Positions 38,346-48,011 of a stretch of 64,000 bases of DNA are shown one piece after another. The stretch comes from Nitrososphaerales archaeon (GTDB lineage Archaea > Thermoproteota > Nitrososphaeria > Conexivisphaerales > UBA164). Within the stretch, counting starts at the first letter, position 1; each line of letters starts with the position of its first letter. The DNA is taken from NCBI GenBank assembly GCA_023256355.1, contig JAGDXJ010000053.1, positions 11,957-75,956 of the forward strand, given 5' to 3'. The translations under genes were made by a program, and so were the position numbers. Under the pieces are notes generated by a model, which worked only from the letters and a program-made list of their open reading frames with translations, did no database searches and was not told where the DNA came from.

Positions 38346-39755
38346 ATGAGATCTAAAAAAGCTATAAGCAAATACTTAGTAGCAATAATAATAATTGTAA
38401 TAATAATTGCAGGAATAGCAGGGTATTCATACTATCTTACAATAACAACACCAAAACCTGTTACCCTCAATGTAGTAGTAGTTTCGGGTTGGAACGACAA
38501 AACAGTAGAAATGGCGGCAAAGGATTTTGAAGCTATTCATCCAAACGTTCATTTTAACTTCATAGAGACTACATTCTCAAACGTTCTTCAAAGAGAAATA
38601 GTCGCAGAATCTCAAGGTAACGCCTCCTCATATGATATATTTACCTGGAGTCCTACAATGTCTGGCGCTATAGCTCCATATGTTACGCCTTTAGGACCTC
38701 TTATATCACAGTATAATTATAACATTTCGAATATACCTACTGCGTTCTTATCTTTTGGCGGAGAGTTTTATAATCTTTCAACAAAGCAAACAGAAATAAT
38801 AGGCTTACCTCTAGACCTTAGCGTTTTAATTCTATTTTACAGAACAGATATATTTGGAAACTCAACGCTTGCGCACGAATTTCAAGCACAGTACGGAGTA
38901 CCGTTTAATCCAAGCGAATGGACGAACTGGACTGAAGTTGTTTGGGCAGCGCAATTCATACAGCAACATCATGCTGCGCAATATGGAATAATCGTTGACG
39001 ATAATCCAAGTCACGGGTTAATAGATACTTACCCAGCTATATTTTACTGGTGGTACATGAAAAATTCAACACTTAATGGTGGCACAAAAGGGGGTCTGCC
39101 TCCGTTTAACATTCTTTTTACGCCTCAGCTAAAACCATCATTTAACAATTCTGCAGGCGTAGAAGCTTTAGTGACATTAAAGCAATTGGTACAATACGAG
39201 CCTGCACCAAATGTTCTGATAGTTGACTACAGCCACCTTCAGTCTTTGTTTGGATCAGGTCAGGCAGGCATGGAAATAGGATGGTCAGGCTTTTACGATT
39301 CGTTTAACAACCCATCTAATTATCCGGCTGTAGCTGGAAAGATTTCAATGGCGCTACTTCCAGGAGGTTATGCTGAAGCTGGGGGTTCATTCTTAGGTAT
39401 AGCTAAATATTCAGCCCATAAAGCACTAGCTTTTCAGTTCCTAGAATTTATTACTTCAGACAAAGAAGCCGCAAGTTTATACTATAGAGGAGGATTCCCA
39501 CCTGATGAACTTGGTGCTATAAGACTAATAGCCAGCAACAGTACATATTCAAAAGAGTGGTCCTTCTACACAAAGGCAGCTCAAGTAGCATATGCTAATC
39601 CACCAGCATTGCCGATAACATCTTCTGAATTGATGCCCGTTTTGAACCATCAGATATACAATTACATAACAGGCGTAACAAACGACCCGTATACAGCTCT
39701 TAACACAGCCGCTTCACAGTGGGCAACATATATAAATCAGTACATTTCAAAATAA
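38346..39755 (+). CDS. ABC transporter substrate-binding protein (carbohydrate-type), membrane-anchored
   Basis: 469 aa with an N-terminal TM anchor. It is an extracellular solute-binding family 1-like protein directly upstream of the permease. Confidence 0.7.
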   Translation: MRSKKAISKYLVAIIIIVIIIAGIAGYSYYLTITTPKPVTLNVVVVSGWNDKTVEMAAKDFEAIHPNVHFNFIETTFSNVLQREIVAESQGNASSYDIFTWSPTMSGAIAPYVTPLGPLISQYNYNISNIPTAFLSFGGEFYNLSTKQTEIIGLPLDLSVLILFYRTDIFGNSTLAHEFQAQYGVPFNPSEWTNWTEVVWAAQFIQQHHAAQYGIIVDDNPSHGLIDTYPAIFYWWYMKNSTLNGGTKGGLPPFNILFTPQLKPSFNNSAGVEALVTLKQLVQYEPAPNVLIVDYSHLQSLFGSGQAGMEIGWSGFYDSFNNPSNYPAVAGKISMALLPGGYAEAGGSFLGIAKYSAHKALAFQFLEFITSDKEAASLYYRGGFPPDELGAIRLIASNSTYSKEWSFYTKAAQVAYANPPALPITSSELMPVLNHQIYNYITGVTNDPYTALNTAASQWATYINQYISK

Positions 39756-39758
39756 CGC

Positions 39759-41540
39759 ATGTCTAACTGGAGTTACAGGAACGCAGCTTTAATATTAGCT
39801 TTACCGTTTATTATTTATTTGGTTATTTTTACCCTTTATCCTATAATTTATTCAATAATTCTAAGCTTTTCAAAAGTAGGCCTATTGTACAATTTTGCTG
39901 GTTTAGTTGGTCTAGAAAATTACATGCTGCTTTTTAAAAATCCGTTTTTTCTTAAAACGTTTATCAACACTCTTATATTTGCATTTTCAGTAACAGCAGT
40001 TGACATTGTATTTTCTATATTATTAGCCCTCTCAATAGAAAGGATATCCCGCGGTAAGTCAGTTTTTACCACATTTTTAACTTCACCTTTAATGCTACCA
40101 GCAGTTGTTGTAGCAATAGTATGGGAAATAATAATGGATCCGTTTGTAGGTCCTATTGATTATTTTTTGAGATTACTACATTTCTCAACTATAGGATGGT
40201 TAGCCGATCCACACGTTATGCTGCTTTCTTTAATAATAATAACAATATGGCAAACAACCCCATTTGCTTTCTTGCTTGTGCTTGCCGGTGTGCAGGCAAT
40301 TCCCCCGCAACTAAAAGAAGCTGCGATGGTTGACGGGCTTTCAACATCAGATATGTTTACTCAGGTTACCATGCCGATAATACTGCCCTCTGTAGTAGTA
40401 GCTGTTCTGATGACTCTTATTACAGCTTTTAGAACTTTCGACGTAATTTTTGTTATAGATTCAGGTGGCTTTAACCCCAGCAACGCTCTTCTAGTATATT
40501 ATGCCTATATCTATGCTTTTGTCCCAGGTTACCAAGGGATAGCAATGGCTTCAATTGTTATTTTGGCAGGCATATCTACAGTTTTAGGTATACTTTTCAT
40601 AAAAGCTATGGGGCTTGAAAACAGACTTGGGTTAGAAGCAAAAAAGAAAGAAAGACATCTTAAGCTCAGGATTTCTTTCCCCTCATTTAATATCAGGCCA
40701 GAAATCTCATTGGTGCTGGCATACCTGATTTTAATTTTAAGCGCTGCATTTGCATTCTTTCCAATAATCTGGACTTTACTAACCTCTATGCATTATTCTG
40801 GAATAGTCATGAGTTTGCTTCCTCATCATCCAATACAAGGGCTTATAAAGAACTTTTCTATGGCTCTTTCCCAAGGAGCACCTTACCTAATAGTAAGCCT
40901 TGTAGTAGCGCCTGTAGTAGCAGCGTTAACAATAATATTAGCAGCACCAGCAGCTTATTCAATAGCTAGGTTTAAACTAGGAGGAACAAAACTGCTTGCT
41001 TGGGCATTATACCTTTATACTGTTCCGTCTATGGTATATCTTGTCCCAATATATACGCTGATAACAAAATTGGGTCTTACGAATACTTGGTGGGCTTTAA
41101 TGCTTATATATCCAATTTTTACACTTCCGCTTTCTGTTTGGATATTGACAGGTTTCTATAATGATGTACCTAAAGAAATAGACGAATCAGCTCTTATTGA
41201 CGGAAAATCAAGAATTGATGCATTTTTTGACATAATTTTACCCATTATAAGACCAGCACTCGCTGTGGCAGCTTTCTTTGCAATACTATCAAGCTATACA
41301 GAATTCATGTTTGCGCTTACACTTGGCAGAACGCCATATCTATTTAACTTTCCACCAACCGGTTCAGAAACTGCAACTGTTTTTGTAGCCTCAGCGCTTG
41401 TCTATGGTTCTGGCGAAGTAGTAAACTATGGTATGCTTGCAGCTGCAGGATTGCTCGTATCTATTCCTGTAATAATAATTTCAGCGTTTTTACAAAAATA
41501 TATAATTAAGGGGTTATGGGTTGGAGGGCTGAAGGGTTAG
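39759..41540 (+). CDS. Fused ABC transporter permease (two MalF/MalG-like domains in one polypeptide)
   Basis: 593 aa with two EAA loops (EAAMVDGLSTSDMFTQVTMPIILPS and ESALIDGKSRIDAFFDIILPIIRPA). Confidence 0.75.
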   Translation: MSNWSYRNAALILALPFIIYLVIFTLYPIIYSIILSFSKVGLLYNFAGLVGLENYMLLFKNPFFLKTFINTLIFAFSVTAVDIVFSILLALSIERISRGKSVFTTFLTSPLMLPAVVVAIVWEIIMDPFVGPIDYFLRLLHFSTIGWLADPHVMLLSLIIITIWQTTPFAFLLVLAGVQAIPPQLKEAAMVDGLSTSDMFTQVTMPIILPSVVVAVLMTLITAFRTFDVIFVIDSGGFNPSNALLVYYAYIYAFVPGYQGIAMASIVILAGISTVLGILFIKAMGLENRLGLEAKKKERHLKLRISFPSFNIRPEISLVLAYLILILSAAFAFFPIIWTLLTSMHYSGIVMSLLPHHPIQGLIKNFSMALSQGAPYLIVSLVVAPVVAALTIILAAPAAYSIARFKLGGTKLLAWALYLYTVPSMVYLVPIYTLITKLGLTNTWWALMLIYPIFTLPLSVWILTGFYNDVPKEIDESALIDGKSRIDAFFDIILPIIRPALAVAAFFAILSSYTEFMFALTLGRTPYLFNFPPTGSETATVFVASALVYGSGEVVNYGMLAAAGLLVSIPVIIISAFLQKYIIKGLWVGGLKG

Positions 41541-42570
41541 GATAAACGAGTTTTCCTTCTTTAAAAACCAAAAATTTGGATATTTTTAATTTTATATCTT
41601 CTCCAACATTTACTTTTATTTCTGGCGAAGTTTTTATCTTAATTTCCTGGCCATCTACAATTGCTGTAACAATGCTTTCTGAACCAAGAGGTTCTATTAC
41701 CAATACTTTACCAGAAAGCTGTCCTTCTTCCGAGATCTTAATATTTTCGGGCCTTATGCCTACCTTTATTTCGCCTTCAGAATCTATATAAGCTTCAATT
41801 TCTCCGTTAAGTAACTTTATTTTGCCTTTCTCTGCAACACCTGATATCATGTTGATTGGTGGCGAACCTATAAAACCAGCAACAAACTCATTTGCTGGAT
41901 ATTCGTAAAGATTAAGGGGGTTATCGTACTGCTGAACAAGGCCTTCGTGAATAACAGCTATCCTGTCTGCCAAAGCCATAGCTTCCGACTGGTCATGAGT
42001 AACATATACAGTTGTTATCTTCAGATCTTTCTGCAGTTTCTTTAAAAAAGTTCTTGTTGTTATTCTTACCTTTGCATCTAAATTGCTTAAAGGCTCATCT
42101 AACAGGAAAAGCTGTGGTCTCCTTACAAGCGCTCTTGCAAGCGCCACCCTCTGTTGCTGTCCTCCGCTAAGCTGCCTCGGATATCTATCTAGCAATCCTT
42201 CTATTTCTAGCAATCCAGCTATTTCCCTAACTTTCTTCTCAATCTCGTCACTTTTTATTTTTCTTGTTTGCAAAGGCAGAGCGATATTCTCGAAAACAGT
42301 TTTATGAGGATATAAAGCATAATTCTGGAAAACCATTGCTACGTTTCTCTCACGTGGTGTAAGATCGTCAACTATTTTTTCTCCAATTTTTACATGGCCT
42401 TTATCCTGAACTTCAAGACCAGCTATTATTCTTAACAGTGTCGTTTTTCCAGATCCTGAAGGACCAAGAAGAACAACAAATTCACCCTCTTCAACTCTAA
42501 GATTTACACCTTTAAGTACTTGTACTTTGCCAAACGATTTCCATATATCAACCAGCTCTAAAGTTGGCAT
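41506..42570 (-). CDS. ABC transporter ATP-binding protein (MalK/UgpC-like)
   Basis: 354 aa with GPSGSGKTT, LSGGQQQRVALARAL and LLDEPLS, plus a C-terminal regulatory/TOBE-like domain. Confidence 0.85.
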   Translation of the reverse strand: MPTLELVDIWKSFGKVQVLKGVNLRVEEGEFVVLLGPSGSGKTTLLRIIAGLEVQDKGHVKIGEKIVDDLTPRERNVAMVFQNYALYPHKTVFENIALPLQTRKIKSDEIEKKVREIAGLLEIEGLLDRYPRQLSGGQQQRVALARALVRRPQLFLLDEPLSNLDAKVRITTRTFLKKLQKDLKITTVYVTHDQSEAMALADRIAVIHEGLVQQYDNPLNLYEYPANEFVAGFIGSPPINMISGVAEKGKIKLLNGEIEAYIDSEGEIKVGIRPENIKISEEGQLSGKVLVIEPLGSESIVTAIVDGQEIKIKTSPEIKVNVGEDIKLKISKFLVFKEGKLVYPNPSALQPITP

Positions 42571-42749
42571 TTATAGTGTAGAATATATTTTATACCTTTT
42601 ATAACCATTACGGGGTAGATTTTTAAACAAAGGATTTTATTGGGGCATTTAAAAAATTGGCTTTATGCATTAAATCTAAAACCGTTTTAGCGTTTATAGC
42701 ATTAAAAATGGGAAAGGGTTTTTTAATAACAGATTAAAATTAGAAAACA

Positions 42750-43142
42750 ATGCCTAGAGAGAGCAAGGAAGACGATCTGATAAGCCTTGTTTATAAGCTT
42801 GTAATTGAAAGCGGCGACAAAGGTATTCTTCAGAGTGAACTTTGGAAAAAGTTAAACCTTACTAGCAGGGATGGATCTAGGATAGCTACAAGGCTAGAAA
42901 AAAGAAAGCTGATCAGAAGAGAAAAAGTGTTAGAAGATGGTAGATGGACCTACAGAATAAAACCGCTTCTTATACCCTTAAACGTCGAAAGCATAGCGGA
43001 TGCCCCGTGCATTACATGTCCCCTGTTTTCAAAATGCTACGATGAAGGAGAAATTTCTCCAAGGACCTGTACTAAGATAGAAAGGTGGGTAATGTCTGAA
43101 TATCAACAACACCTTGTTTCGGTGAGGAAAAATGAGACCTGA
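42750..43142 (+). CDS. tfeB: TFE-beta / RPC34-like winged-helix protein with C-terminal 4-Cys cluster
   Basis: 130 aa. The wH region (GILQSELWKKLNLTSRDGSRIATRLEKRKLIRRE) is followed by CITCPLFSKC...C (4 Cys), as in crenarchaeal TFEbeta. Confidence 0.55.
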   Translation: MPRESKEDDLISLVYKLVIESGDKGILQSELWKKLNLTSRDGSRIATRLEKRKLIRREKVLEDGRWTYRIKPLLIPLNVESIADAPCITCPLFSKCYDEGEISPRTCTKIERWVMSEYQQHLVSVRKNET

Positions 43143-43716
43143 AGATGCGAAGAGAGATCATTACCGAAAGATGGCCAAAAGGGCCGGTTATGTTAGTAGG
43201 GCTGCATTTAAAATAAAAGAGTTAGATAAAAAGTATGGAATATTTAAAACCGGTCAAAGGGTTCTCGATCTAGGGGCTTCTCCAGGTGGATGGTCTCAAA
43301 TGGTTTCAAAAGTCGTTGGGCCAGAGGGGGAAGTATATGCAGTAGATAAGAGACCCCTTAAAATCGAATCAGAAAACGTTAAGTTTATACAAATAGATAT
43401 AATAAACGACAAAATCGATTTAAGCGATTTTGACGTAGTAATCTCCGACCTTGCTCCGAACGTTTCAGGAGTTTGGGAGCATGATCAGTACGTACAGATA
43501 CAGCTAGCTAAAAGAGCATTAGAAATAGCAGAGTCAACCTTAAGAAGAGGGGGTAACTTCGTTTGCAAGATCTTTGACGGTGAAGGTGTAAACGATATTG
43601 TAAATAGAGCCAGAAGGGAGTTTGGATTTGTAAAGCTTACAAAACCTAAAGCGAGCCGAAAAGAAAGCAGCGAACTTTATCTTGTTTGTAAAAATTATTT
43701 AAGGAGGAGTTTCTAA
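43132..43716 (+). CDS. rlmE: 23S rRNA (uridine-2'-O)-methyltransferase RlmE/FtsJ
   Basis: 194 aa with YVSRAAFKIKELD, DLGASPGGWSQ and DLAPNVSG. Confidence 0.85.
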   Translation: MRPEDAKRDHYRKMAKRAGYVSRAAFKIKELDKKYGIFKTGQRVLDLGASPGGWSQMVSKVVGPEGEVYAVDKRPLKIESENVKFIQIDIINDKIDLSDFDVVISDLAPNVSGVWEHDQYVQIQLAKRALEIAESTLRRGGNFVCKIFDGEGVNDIVNRARREFGFVKLTKPKASRKESSELYLVCKNYLRRSF

Positions 43717-43728
43717 GTATCTAGCTGT

Positions 43729-45060
43729 ATGGACGAGTATGAGTTTGCAAAAGAAAAATACGAAAAAGTGTTTGACCTATTAGAAGAGCACCATAGATGG
43801 TTTTCTGAGGCTTTAACTCTTATAGCATCAGAAAACGTTCCAAGCGAAGCTGTCAAAGAGGCAATTATTACCGATTTTATGTCCAGGTATGCTGAAGGCT
43901 GGCCAGGTGACAGAGTTTATGCAGGATGTAAATATATAGATCAAGTAGAGCTTACGGCCATTGAGCTGGGCAAAAAGCTATTTGAAGCAGAACATGTAGA
44001 TGTTAGGCCCATAGCAGGTGTTACTGCAAACCTTTCTGTTTACACCGCTTTCACGGAGCCGGGTGATACCATAGTATCTTTGGCAATACCTAACGGAGGT
44101 CATATAACTTACGGCAAAAAAGAACTGGGCGGAACTGCAGGAGCTGTAAGAGGGCTTAACGTTGAAAACTTTCCTTTTGATCCGGAAGAGATGAACATAG
44201 ACATAGATAAGACTAAAACTATGATTGAAAAGTTAAAAAGCGTCGGGAAAAAACCAAAAATGGTTGTATTTGGAGGCTCACTTTTCTTATTTCCGCATCC
44301 CATTAAGGATCTTGCACCATATTTAAAATCAGAAGGCATATCTATAATGTTCGATGGCGCCCATGTACTCGGGCTTATAGCAGGTGGCGAATTTCAACAA
44401 CCCCTAAAAGAGGGAGCAGACGTTATGACGGGAAGCACACACAAAACGTTGCCGGGTCCCCAGGGAGGAATAATAGCGAGTTTTGATATATATGCAGAAA
44501 AATTGAAGAGCGCCGTATTTCCTAGCAATGTATCTAATCATCACCTACATCACGTTGCGGGAAAAGCCATAGCTTTCGCTGAGATGCTGGCTTTTGGAAA
44601 ACAATACGCTAAAGATGTTATTAGAAACGCTCAAAAATTAGCAGAAGCGCTAGCAGAAAAGGGGTTTAAAGTGCTTGGTGAGAAACATGGATACACAAAA
44701 TCTCATCAAGTAGTGATAGATGTGTGGGATTTCGGTGGTGGGGGAGTTGTTGAGAAAGAGCTCGAAGAAGCTAACATAATAGTAAACAGAAACCTGATTC
44801 CGGGTGACATCAAATCAGGAAAGCATTTTAAGAATCCAAGCGGGATAAGAATGGGCGTTCAAGAAATAACTAGGCTTGGAATGGGACCTTCTGAAATGAA
44901 AGAAATTGCAGAATTGCTTTACAGAGTTATAATAAAGAAAGAGGATAAAGCTGAAAGTAAGAAAAAGGTAAAAGAGCTAAAAACACAGTTCTCAAAAGTC
45001 AAATATGCATTTGAAAGCAAAAGAGACGCATATGAATATATAAAAATAAGGTTAAAATAA
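43729..45060 (+). CDS. glyA: Serine hydroxymethyltransferase
   Basis: 443 aa with LIASENVPS and GSTHKTLPGPQGG (PLP lysine). Confidence 0.9.
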   Translation: MDEYEFAKEKYEKVFDLLEEHHRWFSEALTLIASENVPSEAVKEAIITDFMSRYAEGWPGDRVYAGCKYIDQVELTAIELGKKLFEAEHVDVRPIAGVTANLSVYTAFTEPGDTIVSLAIPNGGHITYGKKELGGTAGAVRGLNVENFPFDPEEMNIDIDKTKTMIEKLKSVGKKPKMVVFGGSLFLFPHPIKDLAPYLKSEGISIMFDGAHVLGLIAGGEFQQPLKEGADVMTGSTHKTLPGPQGGIIASFDIYAEKLKSAVFPSNVSNHHLHHVAGKAIAFAEMLAFGKQYAKDVIRNAQKLAEALAEKGFKVLGEKHGYTKSHQVVIDVWDFGGGGVVEKELEEANIIVNRNLIPGDIKSGKHFKNPSGIRMGVQEITRLGMGPSEMKEIAELLYRVIIKKEDKAESKKKVKELKTQFSKVKYAFESKRDAYEYIKIRLK

Positions 45061-45077
45061 AAATTAAACCAAGTTAT

Positions 45078-45140
45078 AGCGATGATGATCTAGGCTGAGC
45101 TCTGAGGCCACAATGAAGAGAAAGCCCGCGTCTGATTTTT
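45078..45140 (+). ncRNA. C/D box sRNA (2'-O-methylation guide)
   Basis: C box atgatga (45082-45088), 13-nt spacer, D' ctga (45102-45105), 7-nt loop, C' atgaaga (45113-45119), 12-nt spacer, D ctga (45132-45135). It lies in the glyA-trpS intergenic region and is followed by TTTTT. Confidence 0.7.
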
Positions 45141-45294
45141 ATAACAATAAAAAGTGCGGTTTACTTCTCATATAATTTTTTAAAAAGATAAAAAGTTCAA
45201 AATTGAGCTATTTAGAAAGTTTTAAAATCTAATCTTTTTAGAAGTACAACTTTTAAGAAAAGGTTATCATTAGTTTATATAACTACTATTAGAC

Positions 45295-46413
45295 TTGAGC
45301 ACAGTAAGCCCTTGGGGAGATTTTGGAATAAAGGATTATTCTAAGTTAATACATGACTTTGGAATAACACCCTTAAATGAAAGTTTTGAAGAATTACAAG
45401 ATAACAAATACTATAGAAGAGGCATGCTGGTGGGTCATAGGGATCTTGACAAGTTTCTCTCAGAAGCAAAAGCAGGCAAGACTGTCGCTATACTTTCCGG
45501 TATAAAGCCTAGCGGGATATTCCATATAGGAAGCATGATAACAGCAGAACAGATGATCTATTTTCAGAAAAAATATTCAAAAACTCTTCTTTTTTATTCT
45601 ATAGCAGATCTTGAAGCTTATGTGGATAATGGGCAGAGCCTAGATAAAAGCGATGAAATCGCTGTATATAATGTTGCAGACATGCTAGCTCTTGGAATGG
45701 ATCCAGATAGAGCTATCACTTATAAACAATCATCTGCGCTTGCAGTTTCTGATCTTGCTTTTATATTTTCTGATGACGTAACGTTTAACATGCTAGTCGA
45801 CATATATGGAGAAAGAAAAATTTCTCTTTATTTTGCAGCTTTGATTCAAGCTGGAGATATATTTCTGCCCGAAACTAAGCCGTTCAATGGTCCAAAACCC
45901 GTTCTTGTTCCAGTGGGCGCAGACCAAGATCCTCATTTAAGGCTAGCTAGAGATTTGGCCACAAAGCACAGAGATGACCTGCATCTCATACCACCTTCAG
46001 CTGTATATCATAAACTTGTACGCTCTCTAACAGGCGAAGATAAGATGTCAAAAAGGTCTCCGCAATCAATGATAACACTTTCTGATAAAAAAGAAGATCT
46101 AAGACAAAAGATAATGAATGCGTTTACTGGGGGGCGCGCGACGATTAAAGAACAGAAAGAACTTGGAGGGGAGCCGGAAAAATGTCCGGTTTTTGATCTT
46201 TATATATACTTTGCAAAAGATGACAAGCAGATAAAAGAAGTTTATGATGAATGTAGAAAAGGTATAAGGATGTGTGGGGAATGCAAAAACGAAGCTTATG
46301 GGATTGTCAACAATTTTATAGAAGATCATCAAGCAAAAAGAAGTAGCTTGATAAGTGAAGCTAAGGCTTTGCTGAACAACGGCGATTTATCGGTTCTTAA
46401 AAGACCGGTATAA
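45295..46413 (+). CDS. trpS: Tryptophan--tRNA ligase with C-x22-C-x6-C-x2-C motif
   Basis: 372 aa with a TTG start, the HIGH-like GIFHIGS, KMSKRS, and a Cys motif at 46183-46284. Confidence 0.8.
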   Translation: MSTVSPWGDFGIKDYSKLIHDFGITPLNESFEELQDNKYYRRGMLVGHRDLDKFLSEAKAGKTVAILSGIKPSGIFHIGSMITAEQMIYFQKKYSKTLLFYSIADLEAYVDNGQSLDKSDEIAVYNVADMLALGMDPDRAITYKQSSALAVSDLAFIFSDDVTFNMLVDIYGERKISLYFAALIQAGDIFLPETKPFNGPKPVLVPVGADQDPHLRLARDLATKHRDDLHLIPPSAVYHKLVRSLTGEDKMSKRSPQSMITLSDKKEDLRQKIMNAFTGGRATIKEQKELGGEPEKCPVFDLYIYFAKDDKQIKEVYDECRKGIRMCGECKNEAYGIVNNFIEDHQAKRSSLISEAKALLNNGDLSVLKRPV

Positions 46414-46498
46414 ACATATAGCTATGTCATCAAAAAAATGAAATATGTTTTTGTTAAAAGTTAACCTTTATATTGACGTGTTTAAAAGATTCTGAAAG

Positions 46499-48007
46499 AT
46501 GGGAGATATAGCTTTGCATCCACTGGAAAAGAGGTTCCTTAAATCTCTGCTTAAATTAGGGGAAAGCACGTTGGAACAAATAGCCAAAGATGCAGGGCTC
46601 TCTTTAGATCAGGCAAGAAGAGTTGTAGAATGGCTTAAGGAAAAAAAGCTTGTAGAAGTTAAGATAAATGAAAGACAAATAGTGATGCTTGGCGAAAACG
46701 GAAAAAAGGCCATAATAGAAGGTACCCCAGAAGCCAAACTTTTAAACGAAACCATAAAAAGAGGAAAGTTAAGCCTAGAAGAAGCAAAGGAACTTTTAGG
46801 TAATGAAGCAGGGGTTGCGCTTGGGATCGCGATGAAAAAGAATCTTATAAAAATTTCTCAGGGTATGATTATTCCGCTAACAGATAAGCCTTTAAAGACA
46901 GCTGACATTTACCAAGTTCTGGCCAGAATTTTAAACGGGCCCGTTTTTGTGGAAAAATTAAACAAGGAAGAGATTATGGAGCTTGAAGACCTTAAAAAGA
47001 GGCCTAATTTCGTTAAATTTTTAACAGAAAAAGAAACGATGGTCAAGATAGCAGAAGGTGTAAGTATAGATCCAAAAATGTTAGAAAGCGAAGAAACAAC
47101 AACACTTTCATCGCGTATTTTAGTAAGTGGTAAGTGGAAAGAGTTAAAGTTCTCAGACATAGATCTTTCACAGCCAGTTCCTTCAGTATTTCCTGCAAGG
47201 ATGCATCCTTTGTCTGAGCTTATAAATCTTATAAAGGAAATTATGGAGAGCCTCGGTTTTACAGAGATTGAAGGTCCGGTCATAAGATCTTCGTTTTGGA
47301 ACTTCGATGTTCTATTTACTCCTCAGGATCATCCCGCTAGGGACATGCATGACACATTTTACATAAAAGACGTTAAACTTGAAGAAGCGGATAAGGATCT
47401 TGTAAATAGAGTTAAGAACGTTCATGAAAATGGATGGATCACTGGTTCAACAGGTTGGGGATACGTCTGGGATCAAAACGCTGCTTGGAAGGCGCTTTTA
47501 AGGACACATACAACAACCATTACTGCAGAGGCCATATACAAAGGAATGAAAGGAAGAATCTTTACTGTTGGTAGAGTATTTAGAAACGAAAAACCCGATT
47601 TTAAACACCTGGTTGAGCTTCACCAGCTTGATGCAATAGTTATTGAAGAAGAAGCAAGCATAAGAAAGCTCATGGGTTTCCTTACAGTCTTTTATAAAAA
47701 ACTAGGGTTTGAAAAAATAAAGTTTTGGCCTACTTTCTTTCCTTACACTGAACCTTCTATGCAATCGATGATTTATTCTGAAAAGCTTAAAGACTGGATA
47801 GAGCTTTGCGGAATGGGAATTTTCAGACCAGAAGTAACCAAACCGTTGGGATACGAGGGTCCAGTGTTGGCGTGGGGTATGGGTTTAGAAAGGCTTGCTA
47901 TGTTGATTTACGATGTAGAAAACATAAGGGATTTTTATGAAAACAGGCTTAATTTCTTAAGAAATTATAAAAGTATAAACCTTAAGCTTAAAGGTCCAAT
48001 TCTTTAA
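46499..48007 (+). CDS. pheS: Phenylalanine--tRNA ligase alpha subunit
   Basis: 502 aa. N-terminal wH repeats are followed by a class II core (FTPQDHPARDMHDTFY, FRNE, GMGLERL). Confidence 0.9.
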   Translation: MGDIALHPLEKRFLKSLLKLGESTLEQIAKDAGLSLDQARRVVEWLKEKKLVEVKINERQIVMLGENGKKAIIEGTPEAKLLNETIKRGKLSLEEAKELLGNEAGVALGIAMKKNLIKISQGMIIPLTDKPLKTADIYQVLARILNGPVFVEKLNKEEIMELEDLKKRPNFVKFLTEKETMVKIAEGVSIDPKMLESEETTTLSSRILVSGKWKELKFSDIDLSQPVPSVFPARMHPLSELINLIKEIMESLGFTEIEGPVIRSSFWNFDVLFTPQDHPARDMHDTFYIKDVKLEEADKDLVNRVKNVHENGWITGSTGWGYVWDQNAAWKALLRTHTTTITAEAIYKGMKGRIFTVGRVFRNEKPDFKHLVELHQLDAIVIEEEASIRKLMGFLTVFYKKLGFEKIKFWPTFFPYTEPSMQSMIYSEKLKDWIELCGMGIFRPEVTKPLGYEGPVLAWGMGLERLAMLIYDVENIRDFYENRLNFLRNYKSINLKLKGPIL

Positions 48008-48011
48008 TCAT

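Noticed and set aside
46425-46445. TTGATGA on the minus strand in the trpS-pheS spacer as a possible C box
   Set aside because: There is no CTGA D or D' box at the required spacing, and the first position is not a purine.
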